From the NCBI GenBank assembly GCA_030390025.1, contig CM059432.1:113400001-113464000 (forward strand): a DNA stretch of 64,000 nucleotides. Reading direction: 5' to 3'. Of the stretch, positions 49,253-63,032 are shown one piece after another. The notes below the pieces were generated by a model. The model was given only the letters and a program-made list of their open reading frames with translations. It had not been told where the DNA came from and did not search any database. Within the stretch, counting starts at the first letter, position 1; every line of letters begins with the position of its first letter. Made by a program: the position numbers and the translations under genes. Origin of the DNA: Squalus acanthias. Its lineage: Eukaryota.

Positions 49253-51771
49253 GGGCTGGATTTTGATACTGGGGCGGGTTGGGGTCGTGTCATCCACTTT
49301 TCGTGTTATCCACCCGACTGCAATTGGATGTGGGAGATTGATGCAATTTTCACCTAATTGGGCAATTGAGTTCCAGCATGTGGGAACCCATGAACCAATT
49401 AGTGTTTTCAGTCTGAAAGTCGCCTCTGATGATGTCATCGTTGCTGCTGCATTGAAGGTCTTCAGAGACTGCCTGGCCTTTGCTGTGAGAGGACCTGGAT
49501 GCAAAATGAGCAGCAGCAGCCCTAAGTCTGTTCCCAGATATTTTTACACCACCACTCAGAGAGAGAGAGAGAGAGAGAGATGGATGGATGGATGGATGGA
49601 TCCAGCCAGCCAAATGGGCTCCCGCCAGGTTTCACAATCGTGGTTCAGAACAGGCGTGCTTCACGTAGAACAAGGGTTAAAATCACAAAGGCCTTTCAAA
49701 ATGGCATTATAGAGCCAATTTAGTGCTTGTTAAGGGCCTTAACAGTAGAGGACACTAAGAATATCCCAACACTGGACAAACAGGGGGCTATAGGGGGAGA
49801 GGAGCTAAACACGATCAAAATCACTAAGGAAGTGGTACTCGGTAAAATAATGGGACTCAAGGCGGATAAATCACCTGGACCTGATGGCTTACATCCTAGA
49901 GTCTTGAAGGAAGTGGCGGTAGGGATTGTAGATGCATTGGTAATAATTTTTCAAAACTCCCTGGATTCCGCTAAGGTCCCGGCAGACTGGAAAACTGCTA
50001 ATGTAACACCCTTATTTAAAAAGGGCAGTAGACAGAAGGCTGGTAACTATAGACCGGTTAGCCTAACATCTGTGGTAGGTAAAATTTTGGAGTCCATTAT
50101 TAAGGAAACAGTAACAGGACATTTGGATAATCATAATTTAATAGGACAAAGTCAGCATGGTTTTACGAAGGGGAAGTCATGTTTGACAAATTTGCTGGAG
50201 TTCTTTGAGGAAGTAACATATAGAGTGGATAAAGGGGAACCAGTGGACGTAGTGTATTTAGACTTCCAAAAGGCATTTGACAAGGTGCCACACAAAAGAT
50301 TATTGCTTAAGGTAAAAAATCACGGGATTGGGGGTAATATTCTGGCATGGATAGAGGATTGGCTATCTAACAGAAAGCAAAGAGTTGGGATAAATGGTTC
50401 ATTCTCAGACTGGCAATCAGTAACTAGTGGTGTTCCACAGGGGTCAGTGCTGGGTCCCCAACTCTTCACAATCTATATTAACGATTTGGAGGAAGGGACC
50501 AAGTGTAACATATCAAAATTTGCAGATGATACAAAGATGGGAGGGAAAGTAGTGAGTGAGGAGGACATAAAAAACCTGCAAGGGGACATAGACAGGCTAA
50601 GTAAGTGGGCAGAGATTTGGCAGATGGAATACAACACTGGAAAGTGTGAGGTGATGCACTTTGGCAGGAAAAATCCTAGAGCAATTTATTATCTTAATGG
50701 CAAGAAACTGGAGAGTACTGAAGTGCAAAGGGATCTGGGGGTCCTGGTGCACGAAACTCAAAAGGTTAGTATGCAGGTGCAGCAAGTGATTAAGAAGGCA
50801 AATGGAATGTTGGCTTTCATTGCTAGGGGGATAGAATATAAAAATAGGGAGGTATTGCTTCAGTTGTACAAGGTATTGGTGAGACCGCACCTGGAATACT
50901 GCATACAGTTTTGGTGTCCTTACTTAAGGAAAGACATCCTTGCTCTCGAGGCAGTGCAAAAAAGGTTCACTCGGTTAATCCCGGGGATGAGGGGGTGGTC
51001 ATATGAGGAGAGGTTGGGTAGATTGGGACTCTACTCATTGGAGTTCAGAAGAATGAGAGGCGATCTTATTGAAACATATAAGATTGTGAAGGGGTTGGAT
51101 CGGGTGGATGCGGGGAGGATGTTCCCGATGACGGGTGAGACGAGAACTAGGGGACATAGTCTTAGAATAAGGGGCTGCTCTTTCAAAACTGAGATGAGGA
51201 GGAACTACTTCACTCAGAGGGTGGTAGGTCCATGGAATATGCTGCCACAAAAAGCTGTAGAAGCTACAACATTAATTAAATTTAAAACAGAAATAGACAG
51301 TTTCCTAGAAGTAAAGGGCATTAAGGGTTACGGGGAGCGGGCAGGAATTTGGACATGAGTCTAGGTTCGGATCGGTCATGGCCCTGTGGGTAGTGGAGTG
51401 GGCCCAGGGACTGTGTAGCCTGATTCTGCTCCTATTTCGTGTGTGCAATTCTGTTAGATGCAGGAGATGGTTCTGTGATAGATAGTAGATTGGCGGTTAG
51501 GATCAGATCAGCCATGATCTTATTGAATGGCGGAGCAGGCTCGAGGGGCCGATTGGCCTACTCCTGCTCCTATTTCTTATGTTCTTATGTTCTTATAACA
51601 GCCTATCCCATCTCTTAAAGGTGGGACGCAGTCGGGACCAGCAGACACGATTTCATGAAAATTGCGTGGAGGTGGGATGGAGGCGGACTTGTGCCCGCCC
51701 GCCAGTTTTCGCAATTTTAACCCCCCACACGCCTTCAAACCCGCCTCCACGGGTCAATGAAAATCCCGCCC
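49253..51771. mobile_element. Harbinger-type MITE carrying a nested CR1
   Basis: TIRs GGGCTGGATTTT / AAAATCCCGCCC; exact 3-bp TSD TAT; includes (GA)n(TGGA)n at 49558-49601. Confidence 0.88.
49746..51595 (+). mobile_element. Young 5'-truncated CR1 with an open RT frame to 51358
   Basis: 543-aa ORF almost identical to the 28270-29890 copy; TAACAG on both flanks; (GTTCTTAT)n tail. Confidence 0.96.
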
Positions 51772-53895
51772 TATGCCTCTATTTATGAAGCCCAGTATCC
51801 CACATGCTTTTTTAAATGCTTTCTCAACCTGCCTTGCCAACTTCAATGATTTGTGCACACATACCCCTAAGTCTCTCTGTTCATGCACCCCATTCAGGAT
51901 TGTATCCTTTAGTTTATATGTCCGCTCCCCATTCTTTCTACCAAAATGTATCACGTCACAATTTTCTGCGTTAAATTTCATCTGCCACGTGTCCACTCAT
52001 TTCAACAGCCTGTCTATGTCTTCTTGAAGTCTATCACTGTCCTCCTCACTGTTCACTATACTTCTAAGTTTTGTATCATCTGCAAATTTTGAAATTGTGC
52101 CCTGTACACCCACGTCCAAGTCATTAATATATATCAAGAAAAGCAGTGGTCCTAGAACCGACCCCTGGGGAACACCACTGTATACCTTCCTCCAGTCCGA
52201 AAAACAACTGTTCACCACTATTTTCTGTTTCCTGTCACTTAGCCAATTCCGTATCCATGCTGCCACTGTCCCTTTTATTCCTTGTGCTTCAACTTTGCTA
52301 GCAAGCCTATTATGTGACACTTTGTCGAACATCTTTTGGAAGTCCATATACACCACGCCAACTGCATTACCCTCATCAACCCTCTCTGTTACCTCATCAA
52401 AGAACTCAATGCTGGCTTTCCTTAATTAATCCACACTTTTTCAAGTGACTGTTAATTTTGTCCCCGATTACTGTTTCTAAAAGCTTCCCCACTACCGAGG
52501 TCAAACTGACTGGCCTGTAGTTGCTGGGTTTATCTTTACACCCCTTTTTGAACAATGGTGTAACATTTGCAATTCTCCAGTCCTCTGGCACCACCCCTGT
52601 ATCTAAGGAGGATTGGAATATTATGGCCAGTACCTCCACGATTTCCTCCCTCAATTCCCTCAGCATCCTAGGATGCATCCCATCCGCTCCTGGTGATTTA
52701 TCTACTTTAAGTACAGCCAGCCTTACTAATACCTCTTTATCAATTTTTACCCTATCAAGTATTTCCTCTTCCTCCTCCTTTACTATATCTATGGCAGCAT
52801 CCTCTTCCTTGGTGAAGACAGATACAAAGTACTTGTTTAGTACCTCAGCCATACCCTCTGCCTCCATGCATAGGTCTCCTTTTTGGTCCCTAATCGGCCC
52901 CACCCCTCCTCTTACTACCCGTTTTCTATTTATATGCCTATAGAAGACTTTTGGATTGCCTTTTGTGTTAGCTGCCATTCTATTCTCATACCCTCTCTTT
53001 GCCCCTCTTATTTTCTTTTTCATTTCTCCTCTGACATTTCTATATATAGCCTAATTCTCAGATGTATTTGCAACCTGACATCAGTCATACACGCTCTTTT
53101 TCTGCTTCATCATATTCTCTAGATCTTTCATCATTAAGGGAGCCCTGACTTTAGTTGCCCTGCTTTTCCCCTCGTGGGAATGTACCTGAACTATTTCCTC
53201 TTTAAAGGCAGCCCATTGTTCCATTAGAGTTTTGCCTACCAATCTTTGATTCCAGTTTACCCGGGCCAGATCCATTCTCATCTCACCGAAACTGGCCTTC
53301 CCTCAGTTAAGCATTTTTACTCTGGATTGCTCCCTGTCCTTTTCCATAGCTAATCTAAACCTTATGATAATATGATCACTGTTTCCTAAATATTCACCTA
53401 CTGACACTTACTCCACTTGACCCACCTCATTCCCCAGAACCAGATCCAGCAATGCCTCCTCCCTCATCGGGCCTGAAACATACTGATCAAGAAAGTTCTC
53501 CTGAACACACTTCAGAAATTCTTCCCCTTCTCTACCCTTTACACTATTACTATCCCAGTCTATATTAGGATAGTGGAAATCCCCCATTATTATTACTCTA
53601 TAGTTCTTGCACCTCTCTGTAATTTCTCTGCAAATTTGCTCCTCCATATCTATCCCACTATTTGGTGGTCTATAGAATACACCTAGTAGTGTAGCGGCAC
53701 GTCCATTATTTCTTAATAATATAGATTCTGTCCTTGACCCCTCCAGGACATCTTCCCTCTCCAGTACTGTAACATTCTCCTTGGCCAATACTGCCACCCC
53801 ACCTCCTATTTTTCCTTCCCTATCTTTCCTGAACACTTTATAACCAGAAATATTTAATACCCAATCCTGCCCTTTTTTGAGCCAGGTCTCAGTTA

Positions 53896-55345
53896 TTTTT
53901 TTTTAATTTGTTTATGGGATGTCGGCATCGCTGGCAAGGCCAGCATTTATTTCCCATCCCTAATTACCCTTGATAAGGTGGTGGTGGTGAGCCGCCTTCT
54001 TGAACCACTGCAGTCTGTGTGGTGAAAGAACTCCCACAGTGCTGTTAGGTAGGGAGTTCCAGGATTTTGACCCAGCGACGATGAAGGATCGGCAATATAC
54101 TTCTAAGTCAGGATGGTGTGTGACTTGGAGGGGAACTCGGAGGTGGTGGTGTTCCCATGCGCCTGCTGCCCTTGTCCTTCTAGGTGGAAGAGGTCGCAGG
54201 TTTGGGAGGTGCTGCCGAAGAAGCCTTGGCGAGTTGCTGCAGTGCATCTCGTAGATGATACACACTGCAGCCACGGTACGCTGGTGGTGGAGGGAGTGAA
54301 TGTTTAAGGTGGTGGATAGGGTGCCAATCAAGCATACTGCTTTGTCCTGGATGGTGTCGAGCTTCTTGAGTGTTGTTAGAGCTGCACTCATCCAGGCAAG
54401 TGGAGAGTATTCCATCACACTGCTTACTTGTGCGTTGTAGATGGTGGAAAGGCTTTGGGGAGTCAGGAGGTGAGACACTCGCCGCAGAATACCCAGCCTC
54501 TGACCTGATCTTGTTGCCACAGTATTTATGTGGCTGGTCCAGTTAAGTTTCTGGTCTATGGTGACCCCCAGGATGTTGATGGTGGGGGATGTCAAGGGGA
54601 GGTGGTTAGACTCTCGCTTGTTGGAGATAATCATTGCCTGGCACTTCTGTGGCGTGAATGTTACCTGCCACTTATCAGCCCAAGCCTGAACGTCGTCCAG
54701 GTCTCGTTGCATGTGGGCATGGACTGCTTCATTATCTGAGGAGTTGTGAATGGCGCTGAACACTGTGCAGTCATCAGCGAACATCCCCATTTCTGACCTT
54801 ATGTTGGAAGGAAGGCCATTGATGAAGCAGCTGAAGATGGTTGGGCCTAGGAAATTGCCCTGAGGAACTCCTGCAGCGATGTCCTGGGGCTGTGCTGATT
54901 GACCTTCAACCACCACAACCATCTTCCTTTGTGCTAGGTATGACTCCAGCCAGTGGAGCGTTTTACCCCTGATTCTCATTGACTTCAGTTTTACTAGGGC
55001 TCCTTGATGCCACACTCGGTCAAATGCTGCCTTGATGTCAAGGGCATTCACTCTCACCTCACCTCTGGAATTCAGTTCTTTTGTCCATGTTTGGACCAAG
55101 GCTGTAATGAGGTCGGGAGCCGAGTGGTCTTGGCGGAACCCAAACTGGGCATCAGTGAGCAGGTTATTGGTGAGTAAGTGCCGCTTGATAGCACTTTCGA
55201 TGACGCCTTCCTGATTGAGAGTAGACTGAAAAGGCAGTAATTGGCCGGGTTGGATTTGGCCTGCTTTTTGTGGACAGGACATACCTGGGTAGTTTTCCAC
55301 ATTGTCGGATAGATGCCAGTGTTGTAACTGTACTGGAACAGCTTG
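53896..55345 (-). mobile_element. APE-RT LINE copy C, 5' truncated (RT and tail)
   Basis: 470-aa ORF matching copies A and B; T-rich tail at 53896-53905. Confidence 0.93.
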
Positions 55346-55588
55346 CCACAACATCATATTCCCATGTGGCAATTTGTGCCGTCAGCTCACTTACCTTGTT
55401 TACTACGCTTCGTGCGTTCACATACATACACTGTAAACCCATCTTAGACCATCCTGTATTCTCTCTTAGTTTGACCCCACCTAATACCTTACTATTTCTT
55501 ACTTTAGTGGTCTCTGCCTCTCCCAATCCTCTGAGCACTTTATTTCCCCTTTCTAATGTTACATCCTGGTTCCCATCCCCCTGCCAAA

Positions 55589-56089
55589 TTAGTTTAAACC
55601 CTCCCCAACAGCACTAGCAAACCTCCCCACGAGGATATTGGTTCCAGCCCTGTTGAAGTGCAACCCGTTCGGCCTGTACAGATCCCACCTCTTCCAGAAC
55701 CAGTCGCAATGCCCCATGAATCTAAAGCCCTCCCTCTTGCACCATCTTTCCAGCCACGCATTCATCTGTGCTATCCTTCTATTTCTATACTCACTGGCGC
55801 GTGACACCGGGAGTAATCCGGAGATTACTACCTTTGAGGTCCTGCTTTTTAATCTCTTTCCTAGCTCCCTGAAATCTGCCTGCAGGATCTCATCGCTCTT
55901 TCTACTTATGTCGTTGGTACCAATATGGACCATGACCTCTGGCTGTTCACCCTCCCCCCTCAGAATGTTCTGCAGCCGCTCGGTGACATCCTTGACCCTG
56001 GCACCAGGGAGGCAACATACCATCCTGGAGTCACGTCTGCAGCCGCAGAAACGCCTGTCTGCTCCCCTAACTATCGAATCCCCTACCAC
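55589..56089 (-). CDS. CR1 ORF1 SGNH/GDSL esterase domain
   Basis: VGDSIVR, CLPGARV, VHIGTND and GLHFN blocks. Confidence 0.85.
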   Translation of the reverse strand: MVGDSIVRGADRRFCGCRRDSRMVCCLPGARVKDVTERLQNILRGEGEQPEVMVHIGTNDISRKSDEILQADFRELGKRLKSRTSKVVISGLLPVSRASEYRNRRIAQMNAWLERWCKREGFRFMGHCDWFWKRWDLYRPNGLHFNRAGTNILVGRFASAVGEGLN

Positions 56090-56305
56090 TATTGCTTTCC
56101 CACTCTTCTTCCTCCCCCCCTATACAGCTGAGCCACCCGTGGTGCCGCAGACTTGGCTCTGGCTGTACTTCCCAGAGGAACCATCGCCCTCACCAGTACT
56201 CAGAACAGAATACTGGTTGGAGAGCGAGATGCACTCAGGGGACTCCTGCACTACCTGCCTGGTCCTCCTCTTCTGTCTGGTGGTCACCCATTCCCTTTCT
56301 GCCTG

Positions 56306-57215
56306 CTCTTTATCAATTTTTATCTCATCCAGTATTTTCAATGCCTCCTCTTTCATTATGACTTTGGCAGCATCTTCTTCCTTGGTGAAGATAGATGCAA
56401 AGTACTCGTTTAGTACCTCAGCCATGCCCTCTACCTCCATGCGTAGGTCTCCTTTTTGGTCCCTAATTGGCCCCACCCCTCCTCTTACTACTCGTTTATT
56501 ATTTATATGCCTATGGAAGACTTTTGAATTCCCTTTTATGTTAGCTGCCAATCTATTCTCATACAAACTCTCTTTGCCCCTCTTATTTTCTTTTTCACTT
56601 CTCCTCTGAACTTTTTATATTCAGCCTGATTCTCACTTGGATTCTCAACCTGACATCTGTCATACGTGCTCTTTTTCTGCTTCATCTTACTCTCTATCTC
56701 TTTCGTCATCCAGGGTGCTCTGGCTTTAGTTGCCCTACCTTTCCCCTTGTGGGAATGCACCTCGACTGTCCCCGAACCATCTCCTCTTTAAAGGCAGCCC
56801 ATTGTTCAATTAAAGTTCTGCCTGCCGATCTTTGATTCCGATTTACCCGGGCCAGATCTGTTCTCATCCCACTGAAACTTGCCTTCCTCCAATTATGTAT
56901 TTTTACTCTAGATTGCTCCCTGTCTTTTTCCATAGCTAACCTAAACCTTGTGATACTATGATCACTGTTCCCTAAATGTTGACCTACTGACACTTGCTCC
57001 ACTTGACCCACCTCATTCCCCAGAACCAGATCCAGCAATACCTCCTCCCTCGTTGGGCCAGAAACGTACTGATCAAGAATGTTCTCCTGAACACACTTCA
57101 GAAATTCTTCCCCCTCTCTGACCTTTACACTATTACTATCCCAGTCTATATTAGGATAGTTGAAGTCCCGCATTATCACTACTCTATAGTTCTTCCACCT
57201 CTGTAATTTCCCTGT
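56306..57215 (-). mobile_element. Additional CR1 ORF2 fragment, homologous to 52735-53630
   Basis: DFNYPNIDW, LDLVLGNE, SDH, NEYFASIFTKEE. Confidence 0.88.
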
Positions 57216-57897
57216 AAAGTTCTCCAGATTAGGCCGCAGCCCAGGATCCGTTAAATTTTGTGGTTGTTGGGGTAGAGGTCGCAATGGTGGGGTGGGTGGG
57301 TAGAGCATGGTTTGTGGGGGGGTTAGGAGAATTGCGGGAGGGTCGAAGATTGTGGGGGGGGGGTTGTGGAATATTACGGGGGAGGTCAGAGATCACGGAG
57401 GGTAGGGGTAGATCTGGGGTCGGTGATCGCAGGGGGTGGGAGGAGTATCAGTGTCCGTGGGGGTCGGTGTTCGCAGGGGAGGTGTGGGTGGAGATCATGG
57501 AGGTGGGTGGGGGTTGGTTTACAGGGTTTGCTTGTTGGGCCTGGAGGAAACAGTCCTGTAGCTCCTGGCCCACAGCAGTGCTGTAAAGGCACTTACCTTA
57601 TGGATTCGGCCCTTCTCGTCTCCTTTTACCTGCCTGGTTTCCCGAGGCCCAGGAAATCCAGCCAGCATGGGTACAAAATAGAAACCCTGTAAAAATGGAG
57701 GCACGCAGCCTCCTTCAAAGTTTTCAATGACCGACCCACCTCCTCAGAGCAGATCGGTCACCTGCCACTCATCTCGCCTCTGTTAACACTGGAAGTGGGT
57801 GTGTTCGAGGCGAGTTGAGTTCCTGTTTCAGATTGTTAACATTTTAACCTACCACCCAACTGAAACTCACACGTTTTTCAGAGTTAAAATTGTCCCC
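57216..57897. mobile_element. Probable Harbinger-type MITE remnant
   Basis: Ends GTTAAAATTGTCCCC, similar to the end at 45340; G-rich interior like 9260-9350. Confidence 0.45.
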
Positions 57898-60800
57898 TTT
57901 GTCTCTCTGTTATACACAGTCCTTACACAGCGGTAGGACTATCAGCAGTATGTAAAGGTTACTGTGTCTGTGGTAGCCCATTATAAATCTGACAAGGATG
58001 ATCTGCTAAAGTAGATGCAAGTCTTGTTACTAAGAAAGAAGAGAAAGGAAAGAAACAATTTTTTTGTCAGTAACTACCTTTGAGACCTTATATCAGACAA
58101 AATGTGTCAAAACAGATGTCAATTCAATGAAGACAGCACTTGTTTGCACTGAGTGCTCAAAATCATCCCCTACATGCTGGATCAATCTTCTAACTTAATG
58201 TCCTGTTGTTGAACTAACAAAACACAAGGCAGAGAATGGACAAGGAGAGAGAATGGCAATAAAAGGTTGACCAGATGCCCATAAGGAAGTCAAATGTTCT
58301 CTGATGTTACACTGGAAAATTAGTGGCAAACTGGCCTAATGTGGATTGTAATGTATTGTCACATGGTTTGTCACATGGTTTGGCTCAGTTCGCTCTGGCC
58401 TAATAAAGCAAGCACATGGGCTGGCAACTCATCCTGTCTCTGTCCTTCATTTGTTCTACCTACATGTTTTACATTTTGGCAACAAGGAAGGATCCCAAAG
58501 CCATTTTTAGGGATCATGGAAGGACACAGTGTTCAACCTTCGAGTGGACAAGTTTAAGGTGAATTTGTGACACCTAAACTGAATTTTTGTTATGTTTTAC
58601 CGTTAATGCTGATGAAGAATCGTCTGTGCTTCGCCTTCGTGTTTATGTATACACAGCAACAGCAGCGTTGATTCTCACATGTACACAGGTAGCGTGCTGA
58701 GTCACTGTTCGACGGGATCAGGACAATCATGGCCGCGCCTACGGGATTCATCAGAAGCCTCGGCATGTTTGACTGAGCTCGCGAACCATTCAGTTCATAC
58801 ATTGAGCAGATGGAGATGTTTTTTTAAGGCCAATAGCAATATTGAGATCGAAGGTGCAGATAAGAATGTTCAAGCTCAAAATAAAGTAATTCCTGAACAA
58901 AAAAAGCAATTTTTCTAACGGAGATCGAGCCACATGTCTACAGAACATTGACAAACCTACTTGCGCCAGGGAAAGCGAAGACGTGTCGTTTGAAGACATT
59001 GTTGAGAAACTCGAGGGCCATTTTGACCCAAAGCCATTAGAAATAGCAAAATGCTCTAAGTTTGGTACCAGAAACAAAAAACAAAGTGTAACCATCAGTG
59101 AGTACATTGTAGCTCTTAAGAACCTGTCTTTACATTGTAACTTCGGCACATTTTTGGATCGTGTGTTGCGAGATAAGTTTGAGTGTGGACTGGTGGATGA
59201 GCGCACACAGTCCAAGTTACTGAACACTCTGAATCTAACATTTGACATAGCATGCAAAATTGCCCTATCTATGGAGATGGTGTCTAAGAATGCTCAGGAG
59301 TTCCGTCCAACTCAAGTGACTAGTGCAGCTGAGGTCTACAGTGACAAAGCCAGCGTTGAACCTAAAGCTGTGAGACCAAGTCAAAAGCGTGTCGGTAAAA
59401 GCAGTTCAGTGAATTGTTATCGCTGCAATGGAAATCACTCACCACAGTCCTGCCAATACAGAAATTTGAAGTGTTTTCCCTGCCAGAAGCAAGGCCATAT
59501 TTCAACAGATGGCAGAGCTAGATCGAAAGCAGGAAGTAAGAACCATTCTAGTGGCAATGCAAAGTAGCAACAACAAAAGGGAAGAGTTCACGATATTGAA
59601 GTGAACACACCTGATGTTGAAGAACTAGGCATCTACAGTATCTATGCCACTAGCAGCAATGCTAGCCGTCGTGAGAAAGACTTCCACACAAAACTTTTGA
59701 TCAATGAGCAATATATTGATATGTGTATTGATACGGCGGCGGACTGCTCTATCATGAGTAAGGACACATATGAGAGTAAGTTTAATCAAGTACCACCTAC
59801 AAAGAGTACCGTAGAGTTAAAAACCTACTCCGGAGAAATCCTAGAGACATGTGGACAAATGGAATGTACAGTTCAACACAATGGCCAGTCAGTAAAGCTG
59901 CCTATTATTGTAGCGAGCTACAACAGGCCAACTCTCATGAGCAAAGACTGGTTGAGAAAGTTAGAACTAGACTGGAAAAACATCTTCAGTGTAGATGCTT
60001 CAAAGAAGCGACTTGACACAATGCTGAACAAGTACGAAAGCATGTTCACAGACAGTTATGAGCACATCGCTGATTATGAAGCGCATATCCACATCAAGTC
60101 CAACATGAAGACTGTCTATTGTAAGACAAGACCGGTCCCTTATGTGTTGAAAATTCAGGTGGAGGAAGAGCTAGCGAAGCTCAGAGAGAACGGAGTGCTA
60201 GTAAACCCGATTGTGGTAGTGCCCAAAGCAGACAAAACTCTACGCTTGTGCGATAACTACAAAGTTTCTATCAATCAAACAGTTGACAATGAACAGTACC
60301 CATTGCCTACATCACAAGGTTTTAAAGCAGGACTCTATGGGTCAAAGGTTTTCTCCAAGCTTGACCTGTCGCATGCTTACGCTCAGCTGTGGCTTTGTGA
60401 CTGTAGACCTCAGCTGCATTAGTCACTTGAGTTGGACGGAGCCCCCTAGCATTCTTAGATGCCATCTCCATAGATAGGGCAATTTTGCATGTTATGTCAA
60501 ACGTTAGGATAGGAATTGTCTCGTGAGCAAGGTTGTATCAGGTGGGGAAACTGAGTGGTGGTACCTACTTCTTTGAGAGATAGAATTCTGGATGAACTTC
60601 ATGCTGAACATCCAGGGATCATCAGTATGAAATCAAATGCAAGAAGCTTTGTTTACTGGCCTGGATTGGACAGTGATCGTGAACCACTTTATCATGAACA
60701 CATACGTGAGTTTGACGCAGTTCAAACAAGTCTGAGATAGAAACAGGATCATCTTTGAGTTCAGAACCAAAATAAAACAGCCCAAAAATTGGTTCAACAC

Positions 60801-60902
60801 CAAAACCTTCTGTAAGGAGATCAGGAAGGCTCCGCAAACCTGTTATTAAACTGGATTTGTAGTTCATTTAAAAGAAAAAAGTCAGGAGCTTTTGTGATGT
60901 GG

Positions 60903-62932
60903 TGAAGGGATAATTACTAGTCCTAGCCCTTTTCGGGCTACCCCAGATCAGGCGTATTCCCCAGACGTTCACCTTCAACTAAAGTTAGCGGTAGCCGAAT
61001 CCCATAAGACGCTTAACGGCAGTTGTACAGGGCCTTGAGTATTGTGTGCAGTTTTGGTCGCCTTATCTGAGGAAGGATGTTCTTGCCATGGAGGGAGTTC
61101 AGTGAAGATTCACAAGGCTGATACCTGGGATGGCAGGAATGACATATGAGGAGAGATTGGGTCGATTGGGCTTATACTCGCTGGAGTATAGAAGAATGAG
61201 AGGGGATCTCATCGAAACATATAAAATTCTGACAGGTCTGGACAAACTAGATGCAGGAAGAATGTTCCCGATGGTCGGAGAGTCCAGAACCAGGGGTCAT
61301 AATCTAAGGATAAGGGGTAAGCCATTTAGGACAGAAATGAGGAGGAATTTCTTCACCCAGAGAGTGGTGAACCTGTGGAATTCTCTACCACAGAAGGTAG
61401 TTGAGGTCAAGTCATTAAATATATCCAAGAATGAGTTAGATATATTTCTTGAAGCTAAAGGTATCAAGGGATATGGGGAGAAGGCAGGTACAGGGTACTG
61501 AGTTTGGATGATCAGCCATGATCTCATCGAATGGCGGAGCAGGCTCGAGGGGCCGAATGGCCTACTCCTGCTCCTATCTTCTATGTTTCTATGTTTAATT
61601 GGGTCTAAAGGTCAGACTAGCTCTCCCTAAAGGAAAGAAACGACCTGAAGATGTTACCATCCTCTGGATAGCACTTTTAACAAGTTTAACTAGATTGTAA
61701 CCTTCCGGATATTATGAGGGTCCGGAAAACCCCCCCAGAATTCTGCAACTCCTCACAAAAGAGTGTACAGAAATTGAGTTCGCGAGGTTGATACAAAATT
61801 ACTCTGTGAGATAATTCTAAAAATATATAGATTTATTAAAGAACCGACATTCAGCTAACAGCTGTTGATTCAGTCGCAACTTTAACAGTTCAAAATACAA
61901 ATAGCTTACATTTCTTATCAGAGATCCTTATTCTCAAATCTTAACTTCATTACATTTCCACACTTCTACTTATTCTTAATCCAGAATATCCACCAAAATC
62001 AAATACCTTGATTACCCGAGACTCAAAGGGTTGTAAGCCTAGAGTGGTTCTGAAGGTAAGAATCGCTCTGCTCCTTCCAGCAACTTCTGTTTTCTCATTT
62101 GAAAAGCTCTATTTTTATACTCTTTTCTAGTGGTATATTCTTTGAAGTTTTCTGTTGATGTAAGCTAATTATCTCCAGTCATTCTCTATTGAATTATTTC
62201 TATTCTTACTGTTAATTCAGCTGTTAGCTTGCAGAATTCTGTCTGCTGTATAGGTGTTTCAAAGTTATCTTAAAATATGGTTATTACAGATTTATCTCTT
62301 TGATGCCATTCTTACGAAGGTCTTCAATTCAATTCTTAATATTGGCTTAACTGCTTGTATTTCAGACTTCTCGTCTCCTAACTATTCCATTTTCAATACA
62401 AACACAATGTGATTGCTTGGTGTCATCTATTGATGTAATATTTTCAAAGTCTTCTGTAGGTATCTTTTACAACATGTAAATTAAAACCACTTCAACCAGG
62501 GTGTTTGTTTTCCTAGCCATCTTAGTTGGTTATATATATAATCATGTTTCCTGTTTCATTTGATGTTACTTTTATCAAAGGCACATGGTTTTTTAATATT
62601 CTATGTTCCTGTTCGAAGTGTTAGCCTCCAACACTTCACTTGGGCATTGCTATTGTGTTGGTTCCAAACTGCAGACTCCTTGGAACCAACTCTTTTCTTC
62701 TTCAATGAGGCCATAGTGTCAGTGTCTTTAAACCAATCTTTATCTCAGAAGCCTGTATGGTGTTTACAGCTTTGTGTTAACACTTCATCTTATCTCAGAA
62801 GCCTGTATTTCTGTTTACAGCTTGTGTCGTTGAGGCCTTTAGATTTTTAAACCCAGTTTGTCATATTTTAATAAAGTCTGAATTCCGTTCATAGGATGGT
62901 GTATCTCTTGGAATATGGCTATTTCCTTTACA
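60903..62932 (-). mobile_element. Solo LTR (family of 17959-19095) inserted in the Gypsy 3' UTR and carrying a CR1
   Basis: TGAAGGGA...TTCCTTTACA; 4-bp TSD GTGG. Confidence 0.88.
61018..61593 (+). mobile_element. CR1 3' end nested in the LTR
   Basis: YEERLGRLGLYSLEYRRMRGDL peptide; (TTCTATGT)n tail; LTR sequence resumes at TTAATTGGGTC. Confidence 0.93.
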
Positions 62933-63032
62933 GTGGTACATGTAATGCTGGGAAAGGTGGGACCATAGTTTTGTTATATTTGAGAGGGGAATAAATCCTT
63001 TTTTTTTTAAGGGGAAAGCAGTGTAATGTATT

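Larger units (their letters stand above)
48640..56305 (-). mobile_element. Near full-length CR1 LINE (ORF1 esterase, APE, RT, tail) split by insertions at 49253-51771 and 53896-55345
   Basis: Colinear pieces: ORF1 at 55589-56305, APE start YVNARSVVNK near 55430, 53408-53836, 52406-53023, 51772-52400, 48640-49252. Confidence 0.92.
58347..63032 (+). mobile_element. Degenerate, internally deleted Gypsy (Mag/K02A2.6-like): 5' LTR from 58347, gag from 58729, pol remnants to 60861, PPT and 3' LTR start at 63022
   Basis: EYIVALKNLSLHCNFG, CYRCNGNH and CFPCQKQGH knuckles, IDTAA protease, FSKLDLSHAY, ELHAEHPG...WPGLD; TGTAATGTATT at 58347 and again at 63022 after AAGGGGAAAGCAG. Confidence 0.85.

Noticed and set aside
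28027..51595. Large inverted segmental duplication
   Set aside because: Similarity is limited to the two young CR1 copies, each with its own flanks and truncation point
55589..56089. Captured cellular or bacterial esterase
   Set aside because: An SGNH esterase is a known component of CR1 ORF1 and sits in the expected position upstream of ORF2
55638..56609. 323-aa plus-strand ORF
   Set aside because: Antisense to CR1 ORF1 and ORF2 fragments and crosses an element junction
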